DNA of 64,000 nt, from NCBI GenBank assembly GCA_951406725.2, contig OX597819.1:110298001-110362000 (forward strand). Direction: 5' to 3'. The translations under genes were made by a program, and so were the position numbers. The DNA is from Octopus vulgaris (taxonomy: Eukaryota). Below the pieces are notes generated by a model. It did no database searches, was not told the origin of the DNA, and was given only the letters and a program-made list of their open reading frames with translations. This document shows positions 39,006-51,852 of this stretch, one piece after another; within the stretch, counting starts at the first letter, position 1, and each line of letters opens with the position of its first letter.

Positions 39006-39892
39006 CCAATTGTCGTTTTCATATTCCTTCAACCTCTCCATTATCAACCATTATCCTCACATCCTCACGTTCGTGAATTGGTCACAGACAAAAAGCATTA
39101 TGTAATCGGTCGAAATGCTAAAGATAGCAGAAAGATCTTCTTTAAATCACAACCTATTGCCCCAGGTAAAAGAAATCAAGAAAGGCGCAGCTGTGTAGTA
39201 AGAAGTTCGCTTCCCAACCACATGGTTCCAGGTTCAATCCCACCTTGGGCAAGTGTCTTGGGCCAACCAAAGCCTTGCGAGTGGATGTGGATGTGGTAGA
39301 CGGAAATTGAAAGAAGCCTGTCGTATATATATATATATATATATATGAGTTTATGTGTGCGTGTGTTTGTGTTTGTTCTTGTCCACCACTACTTCTTGAC
39401 AACCGGCGTTGGTGAGTTTACCTCCCCGTAACTTTGCGGTTCGGCAAAAGTGACTGATAGAATAAGTACCGGGTTTCAAAAACTACGTACTGGGATTGAT
39501 CAATTCGGCTAAAAATTCATCGAGGCAGTGCCCCAGCATCACTGTAACATATAACAGGATACAAAGAAAGAAGCACAATACTCTGGACCAGAAAAAGGAT
39601 GGCATGGCTGGCTGGAACAGTTTCTATCATAGGCCTGAATGAGACAGACCAGGGGTTAAACTACATCCTCATCAGCAAGAGAGCAAACTGGTACGATCCT
39701 TAGAGCGTTGAAGAAAATGCTTTACGGTATCGTTTCTAGCTCTTTATGATCTGAGTTCAAATACCGTTCCTATTGACTTTGCTTTTTATCCTTTTCGGGA
39801 TTGGTAAAATAAAGTACCAGTGAAATGCTGAGGTCGATGGTACGACTAACCTTGCACCCTCAAAATTGCTGGCCTCGTGCCTAAATTAGAAA

Positions 39893-40433
39893 CCATAACG
39901 ATCACCATCATTATCATCATGATCACCATCACCACCACAAACACCACCACCATCACCATCACCACCATCATTATCATCATCATGACCACGGCCACCATCG
40001 CCATCATCATCATCATCATCATCACCATCATGATAATCATGACCACCACGATCACCACCACCACCACCACCACCATCATCACTACCACCACCATCCTCAT
40101 CGCCATCACCATCCTCACCACCATCATCGTCATCATCATCATCATGACCACCACCACTACCACCATCATCGCCATCATCCTCATCATCATCGCCATCATC
40201 ATCATTATCATCATCATGACCACCACCACCACCAGCTTCACCACCACCATCGTCATCATCTTCATCATCATGACCACCACCACTACCACCATCATCACCA
40301 TCATCAATATCGTAATCGGTACATGAGCAGCAGCAGCACCGTTACCACCGACACCGCCGAAGTCGCCGCCGCCACCACCACTACCACCACCACCACCACC
40401 ACCAGCAAGAGCAACACCACTAACAATAATAGC

Positions 40434-40473
<40 letters not shown>

Positions 40474-40475
40474 TA
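39893..40475. repeat. (CAT/CAC)n followed by (CAA)n
   Basis: Directly visible. Confidence 0.92.
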
Positions 40476-40963
40476 ACCGACTATACGTTACCAATCTCAG
40501 AAAAAATACCGTAACAGCTGTTCCTAAAAAATTAAAAGTGTAAAAAATAAATAAATAAAAATGCTCTCCTTCTCTAAAGTACCCCCCCCACACACACAAA
40601 CCAAAACGAAAATCAAACACCTCCTTCCGTTTCCTTTCCACCCGCTTCAACTTACTTGGAAAGACGTTTCTGTGGATAAGAGCAGAGTGAGAGGAGAAGG
40701 CTGGAATGGTAAACTGGCACTTGTTATTGTTGGTTAGTCTGTGTATTGTTGTAGGAAATATGCTTTCTTCTCCTTTGTTTTGACGCAAGTAATATATTAT
40801 TTAGGTTATTACAAACCTTTGGAATCCTTAAATTTAGAAACAGAACACTTGGTGTTCATTAATTCCTTAATGACGTCTTATTTTTGTTTCTGTTATGCCA
40901 GATGGCCATAAACAAACAAACATACATACACACGCGCATACTCGCAAGCACATATAACGTTCA

Positions 40964-41011
<48 letters not shown>

Positions 41012-41171
41012 TAGACTCACTCACGTGCATAATCGCACACACATTTATACACACATACGCACATAGACTCCCCCACTTTCATAAACGCACTCACACGCTC
41101 TCGCACACAAACACGCATACATACGCGCATGTGCAAATATACAAGCATATACATACACACACAAATCATGT

Positions 41172-42400
41172 GGAAATACGCGGATGATCTCACCGTAATC
41201 GTGTCGGACTCCAGGCACTGCACTAAAAGAATATGAGGCGATGCATGCGCAGAAGCAAAATTCAAACAAGAAAAGTCAGTGGACATGCAACTCGAGAATG
41301 TGAGAGGCAGGACCATACTGTCCAACAGCGTCCTGGGACTTCGGATGGGGTGAATCGGTTATATTACTCGGGGTCTGGTTTGGTCCAAATCTCCAAGTGA
41401 AAAAAACTGGAACGCGGTGACGAACAAAGTAGCCAATCTCACCGAGAGATCGGCCGAGAGGAAGGTGTCCCTGAAAGGTCGGGCAGAGGTGGCGAATGCA
41501 TACATCATCTGCGTCATATATTACCGCCTGATCGTCGTGCCTTGCTCCAGTTCGCGTCTGAGCAAACTGGGGTGCCTACTCTTTCACTTTCTGTGGGACT
41601 TGTTCCACTGGTCAAGCACTTCATTTCTTGTCAAAACCCACTGAGTAGAGGGCTGGACATGCTGTGGCAGCTGATGCCCTGACATGCACTGAAGCTGTGA
41701 CATTTTTAGTGTTTCCTTGACTGAGCAGGTGTGGTTGTCGTTTGTCAGGCTCGCTTTTATACAGCTTTTTGAGTTAGCTGCAGTTCCGGATCATGCGTAG
41801 ACCGAAGCAGGGCGCCTGTCATTAAAGGGACGTCAAGCGATCACAGTCCACTGCCAATGGGACAAAGCGGATGGCGAATGTTCCATTTTGGCATTCTGTA
41901 AAAGTTTTGTGACAGGAAAGAGTGACAACGTTCTCGGGAAAACTTTGGGTGTCGATGAAACTCAACTGGCTGGTCTATTCCAAGGACTTTCCGAGCCCAA
42001 GGATAATTTCCAGACATTTCGAGATAAATTTTACGGGCATGGAAATGCTATCAGCTGGGCCTTCCCAAGATGCGCGCAGAGCAACGAAACTTTTCTGCAC
42101 GCACTTTTCTAGTGGGTTTATGTCGAAGACATACTGTTGCGTGCTGAGTCCATTGTGAAGATTATCCCCATGCCTTACTTTTGGCCGAGAAGGACAGGCA
42201 GTGTTTATCTATCCGATGGCCTTCGCGAAGGAGGTTGTGTGGTGGACCAGATTGAAAGGGTTGAAGACAGACACCTTCCTCATTGGTCAAGCTCCCATCA
42301 CCTTTTTCAAATAACACTTGGAAAGGCAAGTGAGGTCTGCCCTCAAGCAAATTTTGTTGGGGAATGTGACAAGGATGTTCCGAATGAATGGACCAGCTCT
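41172..42400 (+). pseudogene. Tx1/L1-clade ORF2 (RT and thumb) relic
   Basis: KYADDLTVIVSD at ~41174 and ERKVSLKGRAEVANAYIICVIYYRLIVVPC, with many stops. Confidence 0.75.
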
Positions 42401-42836
42401 ACGTATGCTCCTATAGATACAGAGAAGAGCCTGCTTTCGTCCGTCTTCACAATCTGAGTTCAAATTCCGCTGTGGCCGTCTTTGCCTTTCATCCTTTCGG
42501 GGGTTGATAAAATAAGTACCAGTTGCGTACTGGGATCGATACAATCGACTTAGCCCCGCCCCCGCCACAACTGCTGGTTTTGTACCAAAATTTGAAATCA
42601 TTATTATTGTTATTAAGGCAGCGATCTGGCAGAATCGTTAGCACGCTGTACGAAATGCTTAGGTTGTATTTCGCCCCTCACTACATTCCGAGTTCAAATT
42701 CCCCCGAGGTCGACTTTGCATTTTATCTTTTCAAGGCCGATAAATTAAATACCAATGAAACACTGGGTTCGATGTAATCAACTAGTCACCCCACCCCAAA
42801 TTTCGGGCCTTGTGCCTTTAGTAGAAGCTGACAGAG

Positions 42837-42897
<61 letters not shown>

Positions 42898-42931
42898 ATT
42901 TCTATCTATCTAACCCTCCCCTCTCTCTATC

Positions 42932-42984
<53 letters not shown>

Positions 42985-42991
42985 TTGTCTG

Positions 42992-43024
<33 letters not shown>

Positions 43025-43678
43025 ATTTCTATCTATCTAACCCTCCCCTCTCTCTCTCTATCTATCTCTCCATCAACTGTCTGTATGTATGTCTGTGTTT
43101 TGTGCGGTAGTACGTATTAGTGCACACTCCCATGTGGACTTATCGGAATATGTTATTCTGTTTGAAATTCTGTAAATGTTCAATTGAACAACAACAAAAC
43201 CACATTTGACATGATTAAATAAAAACAAACATTTCTTGCGAACGTTGCGGCTGTGAATTGTCGTCGAGGATGTTTCCGTTGGCGGTACTGGCAGTGATAG
43301 AGTTGGTTAGGGTTTTAGAGTAGCAGAAATGATAGATTAAGAGAGTAGATTTTGTCTAGTAACATTCCGAGTTCAAATATCACCGGAATCGACTTCGCTA
43401 GATCCAGCCTCTCATACCTATCCTACAAAGTCATTCTAAAAATAAGCCATGAAATCATCGAAATCTCGAAACTATGAGAGAATGCATGATTAATTCAAAA
43501 CTATGTGAATAAATAAACATTACATTTGACAGAGTAATCTGAATGCTAAGGGGTTAGAATTCATTGTACAGGACACCACAACTGATTGATATATGAGAGT
43601 AAGTTCGCCATGAGATGAGATAACATAGGAGCTTCTACGGTAATATATATAGTAGCCAAATTTTCATACGAGGAGGCA

Positions 43679-43972
43679 TGTGGAGGCGCAATGGCCCAGT
43701 GGTTAGGGCAACGGACTCGCAGTCGGAGGACCGCGGTTTCGATTCCCAGACCGCGCGTTGTGTGTTTATTGAGCGAAAACACCTAAATGCTCCACAAGAC
43801 TCCGGCAGGGGGCGGTGGCGACCCCTGTTGTACTCTTTCGCCACAACTTTCTCTCATCCTGTTTCTTGAGTAACGCTGCGATGGACTGGCGTCCCGTCCA
43901 GCTGGGGGGAACACATACGCCACAGAAACTGGGAAACCGAGCCTATGAGCCTGGCTAGGCTTGAAAAGGGCG
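43679..43972 (+). mobile_element. SINE family D, full copy
   Basis: A box TGGCCCAGTGG, B box GTTTCGATTCC, and a CTGCGATGGACTGGCGTCCCGTCCAG domain. Confidence 0.85.
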
Positions 43973-44171
43973 ACGTTTATCGTTTAATACGAAGAGGTAT
44001 ACGAAATGAGTAGCCCTTAGAAATACGGGACCTATGTAAACCATTCTGCCTAAATAATGGTACTAAAGATACAATATCCCTGCATATCTCACGTCTATTT
44101 TCATTCCTCCATTTCACTCTCTATTTCATATCTTATCTAGAATAACTATTATTTGACCATTTTCTCACACC

Positions 44172-44219
44172 GTCTCCGATGAAGTGATATATAAAATATC
44201 CCCAAAACAGCTGTAAGAC
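44172..44219 (+). ncRNA. minimal type I hammerhead, probably inactivated
   Basis: GTCT-CCGATGA-A-GTGATAT..ATATCCCC-AAAA-CAGCTG-TA-AGAC. Stem III is palindromic; changes are G12A and U4C. Confidence 0.6.
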
Positions 44220-44430
44220 CTATTTATAAATGTTCTGAAATGCTTCACAGCCTTGGATTTTTATCTCATTATGTTGATTTTTTTATATATACACATGCTG
44301 ATATATGATCTACGTTGGACTCCTCATTCGCATAACCACCGAATCTGGAGCTTAACTATAGTCTGTCAATAGCAGTTACTCGGCATTACCTGACACCTTT
44401 GGGTATTCTTGGCACCATTACTTCTCATAA

Positions 44431-44488
<58 letters not shown>

Positions 44489-44551
44489 GGACCACTGAAA
44501 TCTACAATCTTTTTTCACTCTCTCCCTCTCTCTGTATATGCTCTCTTATTC

Positions 44552-44586
44552 CTTTCTGTTGAAGAGCGTAGGCTCGAAACGTAAAA
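44552..44586 (+). ncRNA. minimal type I hammerhead-like motif with A6U core
   Basis: CTTT-CTGTTGA-A-GAGC-GTAG-GCTC-GAAA-CG-TA-AAA. Confidence 0.55.
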
Positions 44587-45023
44587 TACTTTTTCATTTC
44601 CCCCGAGCGTTAACCTAATAGACTTGCTTGTTGTTCATATACCTGTCTTCGTCTTTTGCTTCCTTATAAATTTCAGCTATATATATATAAAAAAATCATA
44701 CAAATGTAAACACTGGCAGAAACACACTTTCTACTCATATAAATGATAACGATAGTCACTGTGGTTTGAACAATTAGTTTTACGTCCACCCCACTACTAT
44801 AGAGAAATTCTTTCCTTAGCCTTCGAACATTCTTTCAATCAACGTACCCTTCCCTCTCCACTTGTTCCCTACCTATTATTCCTTTATCCCTTCTCTTCCT
44901 ACTATCTAATTTTGACGTCAATTCTTCTAACGGTTCTTTAAAAAAAAAAACACTCATTATCGCTTTGTTTACCATGTAGGCAATCATCGAAATTTTTGTT
45001 TGTCTTGTTGTCGAGAGAGGCTC

Positions 45024-45116
45024 CCTTTCTTTCCTGATGAGAAGATTGCATAATACACCCTTTATTCCTTTGGAATGAAAACATGCTGTCTTCGAAACAT
45101 ATGTCGAGAGTAAAGG
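45024..45116 (+). ncRNA. type I hammerhead ribozyme with intact core
   Basis: CCTTT-CTTTC-CTGATGA-GAAGA-(43 nt)-TCTTC-GAAA-CATATG-TC-GAGAG-T-AAAGG. Predicted cleavage follows GUC at 45105. Confidence 0.85.
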
Positions 45117-45196
45117 AATTTTGTTAACATCTTCGTTCGACTCCATTCTTTCATTTATTCATATATATATATATCTGAAATTTATAGGGAAGCAAA

Positions 45197-45258
<62 letters not shown>

Positions 45259-45647
45259 GTATATGCATATGCATCCATATATTTATATCCTTATAAGTGC
45301 GTACACATACAAACACGCATGCACACACAGACACACACACACACACACATATGCAAACACACACATACAAACAAATCCACACACATATATATATATATAT
45401 ATATACCGAGAGAGAGAGAGGGCGGGACAGAGAAAGAAGGGTAAGGAGAAAGTGTGTAAGTGTGCTCAATGTAATTTTGTATATAAAACCCAGTATATAA
45501 TGTTTCAATATTAGCTACTTTATCTATCCCGAACTCTCTATTAACCATTGTTATTTTAAGGGCGTCGTTGCCAACTGTCACATCTCCATCTTAATCATGG
45601 TTCCGGGTAAATAACAAATGGATATCTCACCTTTTATTAAGTAAACG

Positions 45648-45702
45648 ACAACAACAACACAACTGCTGCTGTTACTGGTACTCCAGCCTCCTCCTCCCCT
45701 CG

Positions 45703-45735
<33 letters not shown>

Positions 45736-45844
45736 TACAACAACAACAACTACCACTACTACTACTACTACTACTACAACAACTACTACTACTACTACTA
45801 CCACCACCACCACCACTACTACTACCACCACCACCACCACCACC

Positions 45845-45915
<71 letters not shown>
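45648..45915. repeat. (CTA)n/(CCA)n microsatellite
   Basis: Directly visible. Confidence 0.92.
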
Positions 45916-45917
<2 letters not shown>

Positions 45918-47171
45918 CTGACGATTAAGGGTTTACAAAACCGATGGAGGACAATACAGAACGATACAATACGATATGATGAGAAGCGTGTAAACAGGAT
46001 TGATTGCGAAAAACGTCTGCAATAACCCAAGCAATTATTCCCCAAAAGAACAGAAACTTCCGAGGGCTTCTCGTAGAAACACCACAAAACCACATCGCCC
46101 TTACCTGTAGAGCAAGGTCATTTTCTTAATCCTCATCTCTTATCGGCAGTTGCATGTTCAGAGCAGTCCCGTTCACTCGGACCATCCTTTCCACATTTAC
46201 TCATTTTCAGCAAATTTGCTGGAAAACAGTACTTCCCTCTCCGGCCTCATTTTCCTTTTCTCCATTCCCAGTTTCCTTTTTCCTCAATAGCACTGCCGGA
46301 CCAAAGATTTCTACAAATTTATCCATGGGCCCCGGTTCGATTGTCCTCTGTAACAAACCAACCATTCACACCGAAGCTCAGAGACTCCCAACGCGTCTCC
46401 CGCTACTATGCCTCTATAGAACGCCATAAAGGAACTTCTGTCGATTGCATTGCTCAACTGGCAGAGAACTGTGAGCGTCTGACGATAGTGCAGGTGCTAG
46501 GTGCCTTGCCTCAGCCTAGGCTCGATCCAGGACCGCAGCTCAGTTAAAAGAACGGGCTGCGGAAAAGCTCTTCCGACAATCGGCAAATACACCTTCTCCT
46601 TCGTCACATCATTGGTTTCTCACCCCGTTCCTTATACAATCAGCTGACTTCAGTCTTTCCTGCATTTTTATACTCTCAGAGCTGATTTACCTCAAGAAAG
46701 GATGGAATAAAGTACTACAGAGACGGAATGTTAAACTCTACAATTGCCATTACAAATACACTTCTATATATCTTGCAAACGCTACATCGACAGACTTTTG
46801 CTATGGCACGCCCTCGAAGGAGGCAAGCTGGCAAAATTGTTGGAACGGCGGATAAAATGCTTATGGGTTTTTCTTTCGGCTTCAGGTTCTGCGCTCCAAT
46901 TCTGCCGATGCTGATTTTGCCTTTCAACATTTCGAGGTCGATAAAATAAGTACCAATCAATTAATGAGTTGATGAGCTCGACTAAACCCCACTCCCCCAA
47001 AATTTCAGGTTTTGTACCCGTCGTAGAAAGGATTATATTATTTGTCTTTTACAATGATACGTCATGAAAGTATGACAGATTAATTAACTAAATTAAGCAT
47101 TAAACATATGAATTGTTACAATGATGCAAATACAAAGACGTCTTGCAAACAACTTGCACATGCAAGTGCTA

Positions 47172-47341
47172 CCAGTCAAAAGCTCCGCATAGCGGAAGTC
47201 AGCAAGTGTATGGGGTCATCAGGAGAGAATGCGCACCGTTTCGGGGCCTACCTCTCGACGGCATCAATGCGCACCGATATGAGGCCCCGCTTGCTAGATC
47301 AGCTGGTTATCAAATAAAGCTCAATTTCTAACCAGCTGATC
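47172..47341 (-). ncRNA. structured GC-rich element containing all hammerhead strands in non-canonical order
   Basis: The minus strand reads GGGGCCU...CCG-UC-GAGAG-GU-AGGCCCC-GAAA-CGG-UGCGCAUU-CUCUC-CUGAUGA. It is flanked by a 13-bp perfect hairpin and a terminal hairpin followed by UUUU. Confidence 0.45.
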
Positions 47342-47507
47342 CAGCTGATAACAATAGAAAATGTTATTTTGTTGTAAAGGAATAAGTTTTCCATGCTTTT
47401 GACAATTTAAATATATCTCTCTATTGTTGGAATTCTGCGTATTTACAATATTTTTGAAATGATGTATTGGCTGTGAAACAAGAGTAATAATAATAATAAT
47501 AATAATC

Positions 47508-47559
<52 letters not shown>

Positions 47560-50500
47560 GGCTATAATGGTACGATTATAATTGTAACGGCAATGATGGC
47601 CGTCTCCCCGCGAGCCACTCAGAGCTCAAAAATGATAACATTATCGTAGCACCAAAATGTTTTTGGAAACTAAAAGGAAAACTAAATCAGTATACCAAAT
47701 CGCTTGTCCTATGGTTAATCTGGAAGCGCGTCCCCCAGGGAAGAGCCAGCCTTGGATCGAAAAGTCATCAACTGGCACAAACTCTTCTCCGAATACGGAC
47801 ATGGATGGTCACTTGAACGGGAAATTCCCCAACTCGAGCCCTCCAAGTTCACCACCACAACCACCACAGAAAGAAAAATGTAAGCGGAACAAATGGACCC
47901 GAGAAGAGTATAAAGAAGTAATATACGCTTATTACTATGCATTAGATAGGCCATCTCAATAGAGACACACCGCAAACTTTTACAGTATATGGAGAACACG
48001 GAATCAAGACAGTAGACCCTATTTAGACGAGGACAAATTGGCAATTGTGAGGAGGGATATCCTTAGAAATAACAGACTCACAGACAGTGAATTAAGCGCG
48101 ATCAAGCACACAACGGAAAATGACATAAATATAAGACACAAAGGAAATGAAGAATCAGATGAAGAGAATAGCCTTACACGAGGCTTAATTGAAAGACTGC
48201 CATCTGACCAAAGCACGCAAAGGCCTGAAGATACGAGAAATTCTATTGAACCTGTTAAAGATAGTCAGGAAAATGATAAAACAACAGTAATTGAAGATCC
48301 CGCATTTGCTGAAGAACACAGAGAGTCTATGGCAGAAATGAGGCAGAAAATCCTGAATACGCTTGAAGTTGTAAGACATACAAGTATGAATGATAGAAAA
48401 CCACTTCATAAACTCTCATATACAAACCAAAATAAAAAAACAAATCAAAATTGGCAACTATGTAACAAATGAAATAATACAAGAATTAAAACCTGATTTC
48501 ACTGAGTTAAATGAAATTATTTACGCTTCTGCTAGGGCAATTGAAACCAGCTGTATGCCCCCGAAAAAACAAAGAAAAACCAAACCTGGGAAGAAATCAA
48601 ACCCGGAGAAGTAAAATTGAAAAAGAGATTGAATTTATGACAGGGGAAATATCAATATTAAATGAACTAATATGTGGAAATGATGTAAGATCCAGAACAG
48701 GAAGAAAGATGAAGAGAAAATTTGGATCCTCACCAAGAGAAGAACTGATATCAATAAAAGAAACGCTGAAACAAAAAGTCCAAGCAAAAGCTCAAGGAAT
48801 ACGAAGATTTGAGAAGAGAAACAAGTTTTAAAAGCAAAATAAGCTGTTCACATCCAATGCCAAAAAATTCTACAGAGAAATAGGGAAGGAGAAAGCAACC
48901 GTTAAAGACCCCCCACCCATGGAAGAAGTTCAAAACTTTTGGAAAAGGATTTGGAGTGACGAGAAGACGTACAACATAAATGTAGACTGGATTATACAAA
49001 CAGAAGGATCCTACCAAAATTTACAACAACAAGCATGGGAAGACATCACAATAGCAGACCTAAGAAAGGCACTCACGAAGGCCCATAATTGGAAATCCCC
49101 CGGTATAGATAGGATGCCGAATTTCTGGCTCGCATCGCTCCCATGCGCATACGGTAAGCTAGTTCAGCTGCTCAATGGAATTATGAGAGACCCAAAGAAA
49201 ACACCTGAATGGTTAGCAAGTGGTATTACTTACCTATCCCAAAGAATAAAGAAAACCAAACCCAAAAAAAACTATCGGTCTATAACCTGTTTATCCACCA
49301 CGTATAAAATCCTAACATCTATCCTGGCGGAGAAAACATATGCATTCATGGAGAAGAACGATATTTTCCCCATTGAACAAAAAGGGTGCCGCCGAGGCTC
49401 ATATAGATGCAAAGATCAACTGCTAATTAATCGTATGATCCTTGAGAACTGTCACAACAAGCGCAGAAATCTCAGCTCCGCATAGATTGACTATAAAAAG
49501 GCCTTCGACAGTATACCGCATTCATGGATCTTGAAATCGCTGGACATCTTCAAAATTTCCCCTGTGATTTCAAGCTTCCTGAAGCATAATATGTCGTTGT
49601 GGAATACGAATCTCCAATTATACCACTCTAATGGAGTACTTGCCTCAGAGAATATAAACATCAACTGTGGCATTTTTCAAGGTGACTCACTTTCACCTCT
49701 AATATTCTGCATAACCCTAATACCCCTTACAAGTGAATTAAACAGAACAGGGTATGCGTATAAAATTGTCAAAAAAAAAAAATAAGCCATCTATTTTATA
49801 TGGATTACTTAAAACTCTATGGTAAAGACGATAATGAACTTGAAGGCATATTGCGCACTGTGAAAGCATTCAGTGATTACATCGGGATGGAGTTTGGGCT
49901 TGAGAAGTGTGCCAAGGCCACTTTCCAGAAAGGGAAAGTGAAGACCACAAATTCAGTCGTGTTAGATGTTGACACAGTCATAAGAGAGATTGAGCAAGAA
50001 CAAACCTACAAAAATTTAGGGATAAATGAAGGCTCTGGTATTCAGCATGCAAACATGAAAGAGAAGATCAGGAAGGAATGTTATAGGAGAGTTTGAGCAG
50101 TCCTGAAATCTGAACTAAATGCACATAACAAGGTGTTAGCTATAAATTCCTTAGCAGTTCCAGTTGTTACTTATAGCTACAATGTGTTGAACTGGAATAT
50201 GAGTGAAGTAAAGAAAGTAGATAGGAAAATACGCAAGCTGCTGAGTTGTAATATGATGCACCACACAAAGGCAGACGTAGATCGCCTTTACCTCCCCAAA
50301 GCCCAAGGAGGTCGAGGCCTGATCCAATTTGAACTAGCTTACAAAACAACCACAATTGGACTGACCAAATATCTTGAAATAACGAATGACTGGATGCTAA
50401 AGCTCGTGGAAAATCACGAGAGACGAAAGAAGCTCCATTCTATCACAAAGGAAAGCAAAACATTTGCTATTGATCTCGTGCAGGATACCCAAACTGAACA

Positions 50501-51506
50501 ACCAGAGGGAAGTACGGCAACTATTGTTGCAAAGAAGGTGAAAATAATGGCAACGAAAAAAGCGCACGAGCAATTGGCTGATAGGTGGGAGGAGAAACCT
50601 CTGCACGGCAAATATGTGGCCCGTAGCAAACAAGCTGATGTTGACCAAAAGCAAACCCATCAGTGGCTACGGAGCTCAGGGCTAAAAACAGAGAGCGAAG
50701 GTTTTATCCTGGCTGCTCAAGATCAAAGCCTATTAACCCGGAACTACCAGGCCAATGTGATGAAAAATGGAGCAGACCCAAAATGCCGATTCTGCAACGA
50801 CATGATTGAAACAGTGGACCACCTAATCTCTGGATGTAAAGTCTTAGCACCAGTGGAGTATAAATTAAGACATGACAGAGTTGGCCAATATCTACGTACA
50901 CTGGCTAATAAGTCGGCATTACAATATCAAAACTGCGGACAAGTGGCATAATCACCACCCTGAAGCTGTAACTGAAGGAGAAAATGTAACGATTCTGTGG
51001 GACTTTCCAGTACATACAGACCGAACCATCAAAGCCAATAAACCGAATATTGTTGTGAAAGACCAAAACAATAAAGTTTGCTTATTGATCGACATGAGCA
51101 TCCCCTGTGATCATAATATCTCGGTGAAAGAAAATATAAAGACCTGCTCATTGAAATTGAGAAAATGTGGCATCTCAAGGCGGTTACAATACCAGTGATC
51201 GTAGGAGCACTAGGAATGATCAAGAAGGGAACCGAAAATTATATGAAAATGATCCCTGGCTTACCATCCCTGCAAGAAGTCTTAACTGGTACATCACATG
51301 TATTGAGTAGAGCATTGTCGATGTGAGAACTATTACTACCCATGTATTTTAATTTAACTTTATTTCTATCAAAAAAAAAAAAATGAACGAACTAGTGAGT
51401 TTAGTTTAATGGCCTACCAATGTATACTATGAGTTTCTTTGCCCTAGGAGTCGGGAAGACACTCGGCAAGAAATGGAAGCAAATTTGAAAGAAGAAGAAA
51501 AACCCA
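47560..51506 (+). mobile_element. near full-length R4/Dong-clade non-LTR retrotransposon inserted in (TAA)n
   Basis: A single long disrupted ORF runs 47657 to ~51326. Motifs: KRNKWTREEY; RT motifs KSPGID, EQKGC, GIFQGDSLSP, YMDYLKLY; CRFC..ETVDHLISGC; RLE region ILWDFPVHTD..NKPNIV..LIDMSIP. (TAA)n lies on both sides (47485-47559, 51511-51625). Confidence 0.93.
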
Positions 51507-51509
51507 TAA

Positions 51510-51597
<88 letters not shown>

Positions 51598-51852
51598 AAA
51601 TTAAAATAATAATAATAATAATAATCTAAGATTACTTGCTGTAACCCAGTGGGAGTGTTCTTCGCATCTAAGGCTACTTGTTGAAGCCCGATGTTAGGAT
51701 TGTTTTCTTTTCCAACATATGTTCGCGTGTTACGCTTTTAACAAATTTGACTAAAGAAAGTAATGGAAAACAAAAGCAAAACGTAAATCGAAAATCAATC
51801 TTAATCGTTTATGTATCAAAATAGAAGAACTACAGCTGCTTACATTTATTTT

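Noticed and set aside
45915-46620. Possible LINE fragments
   Set aside because: The sequence looks like decayed coding DNA but has no diagnostic motif to assign.
47172-47345. Known Pol III or snRNA gene (7SK, MRP, U snRNA, C/D snoRNA)
   Set aside because: I could recognise no Sm site, no MRP CR-I, no properly placed terminal C/D boxes and no TATA at -30.
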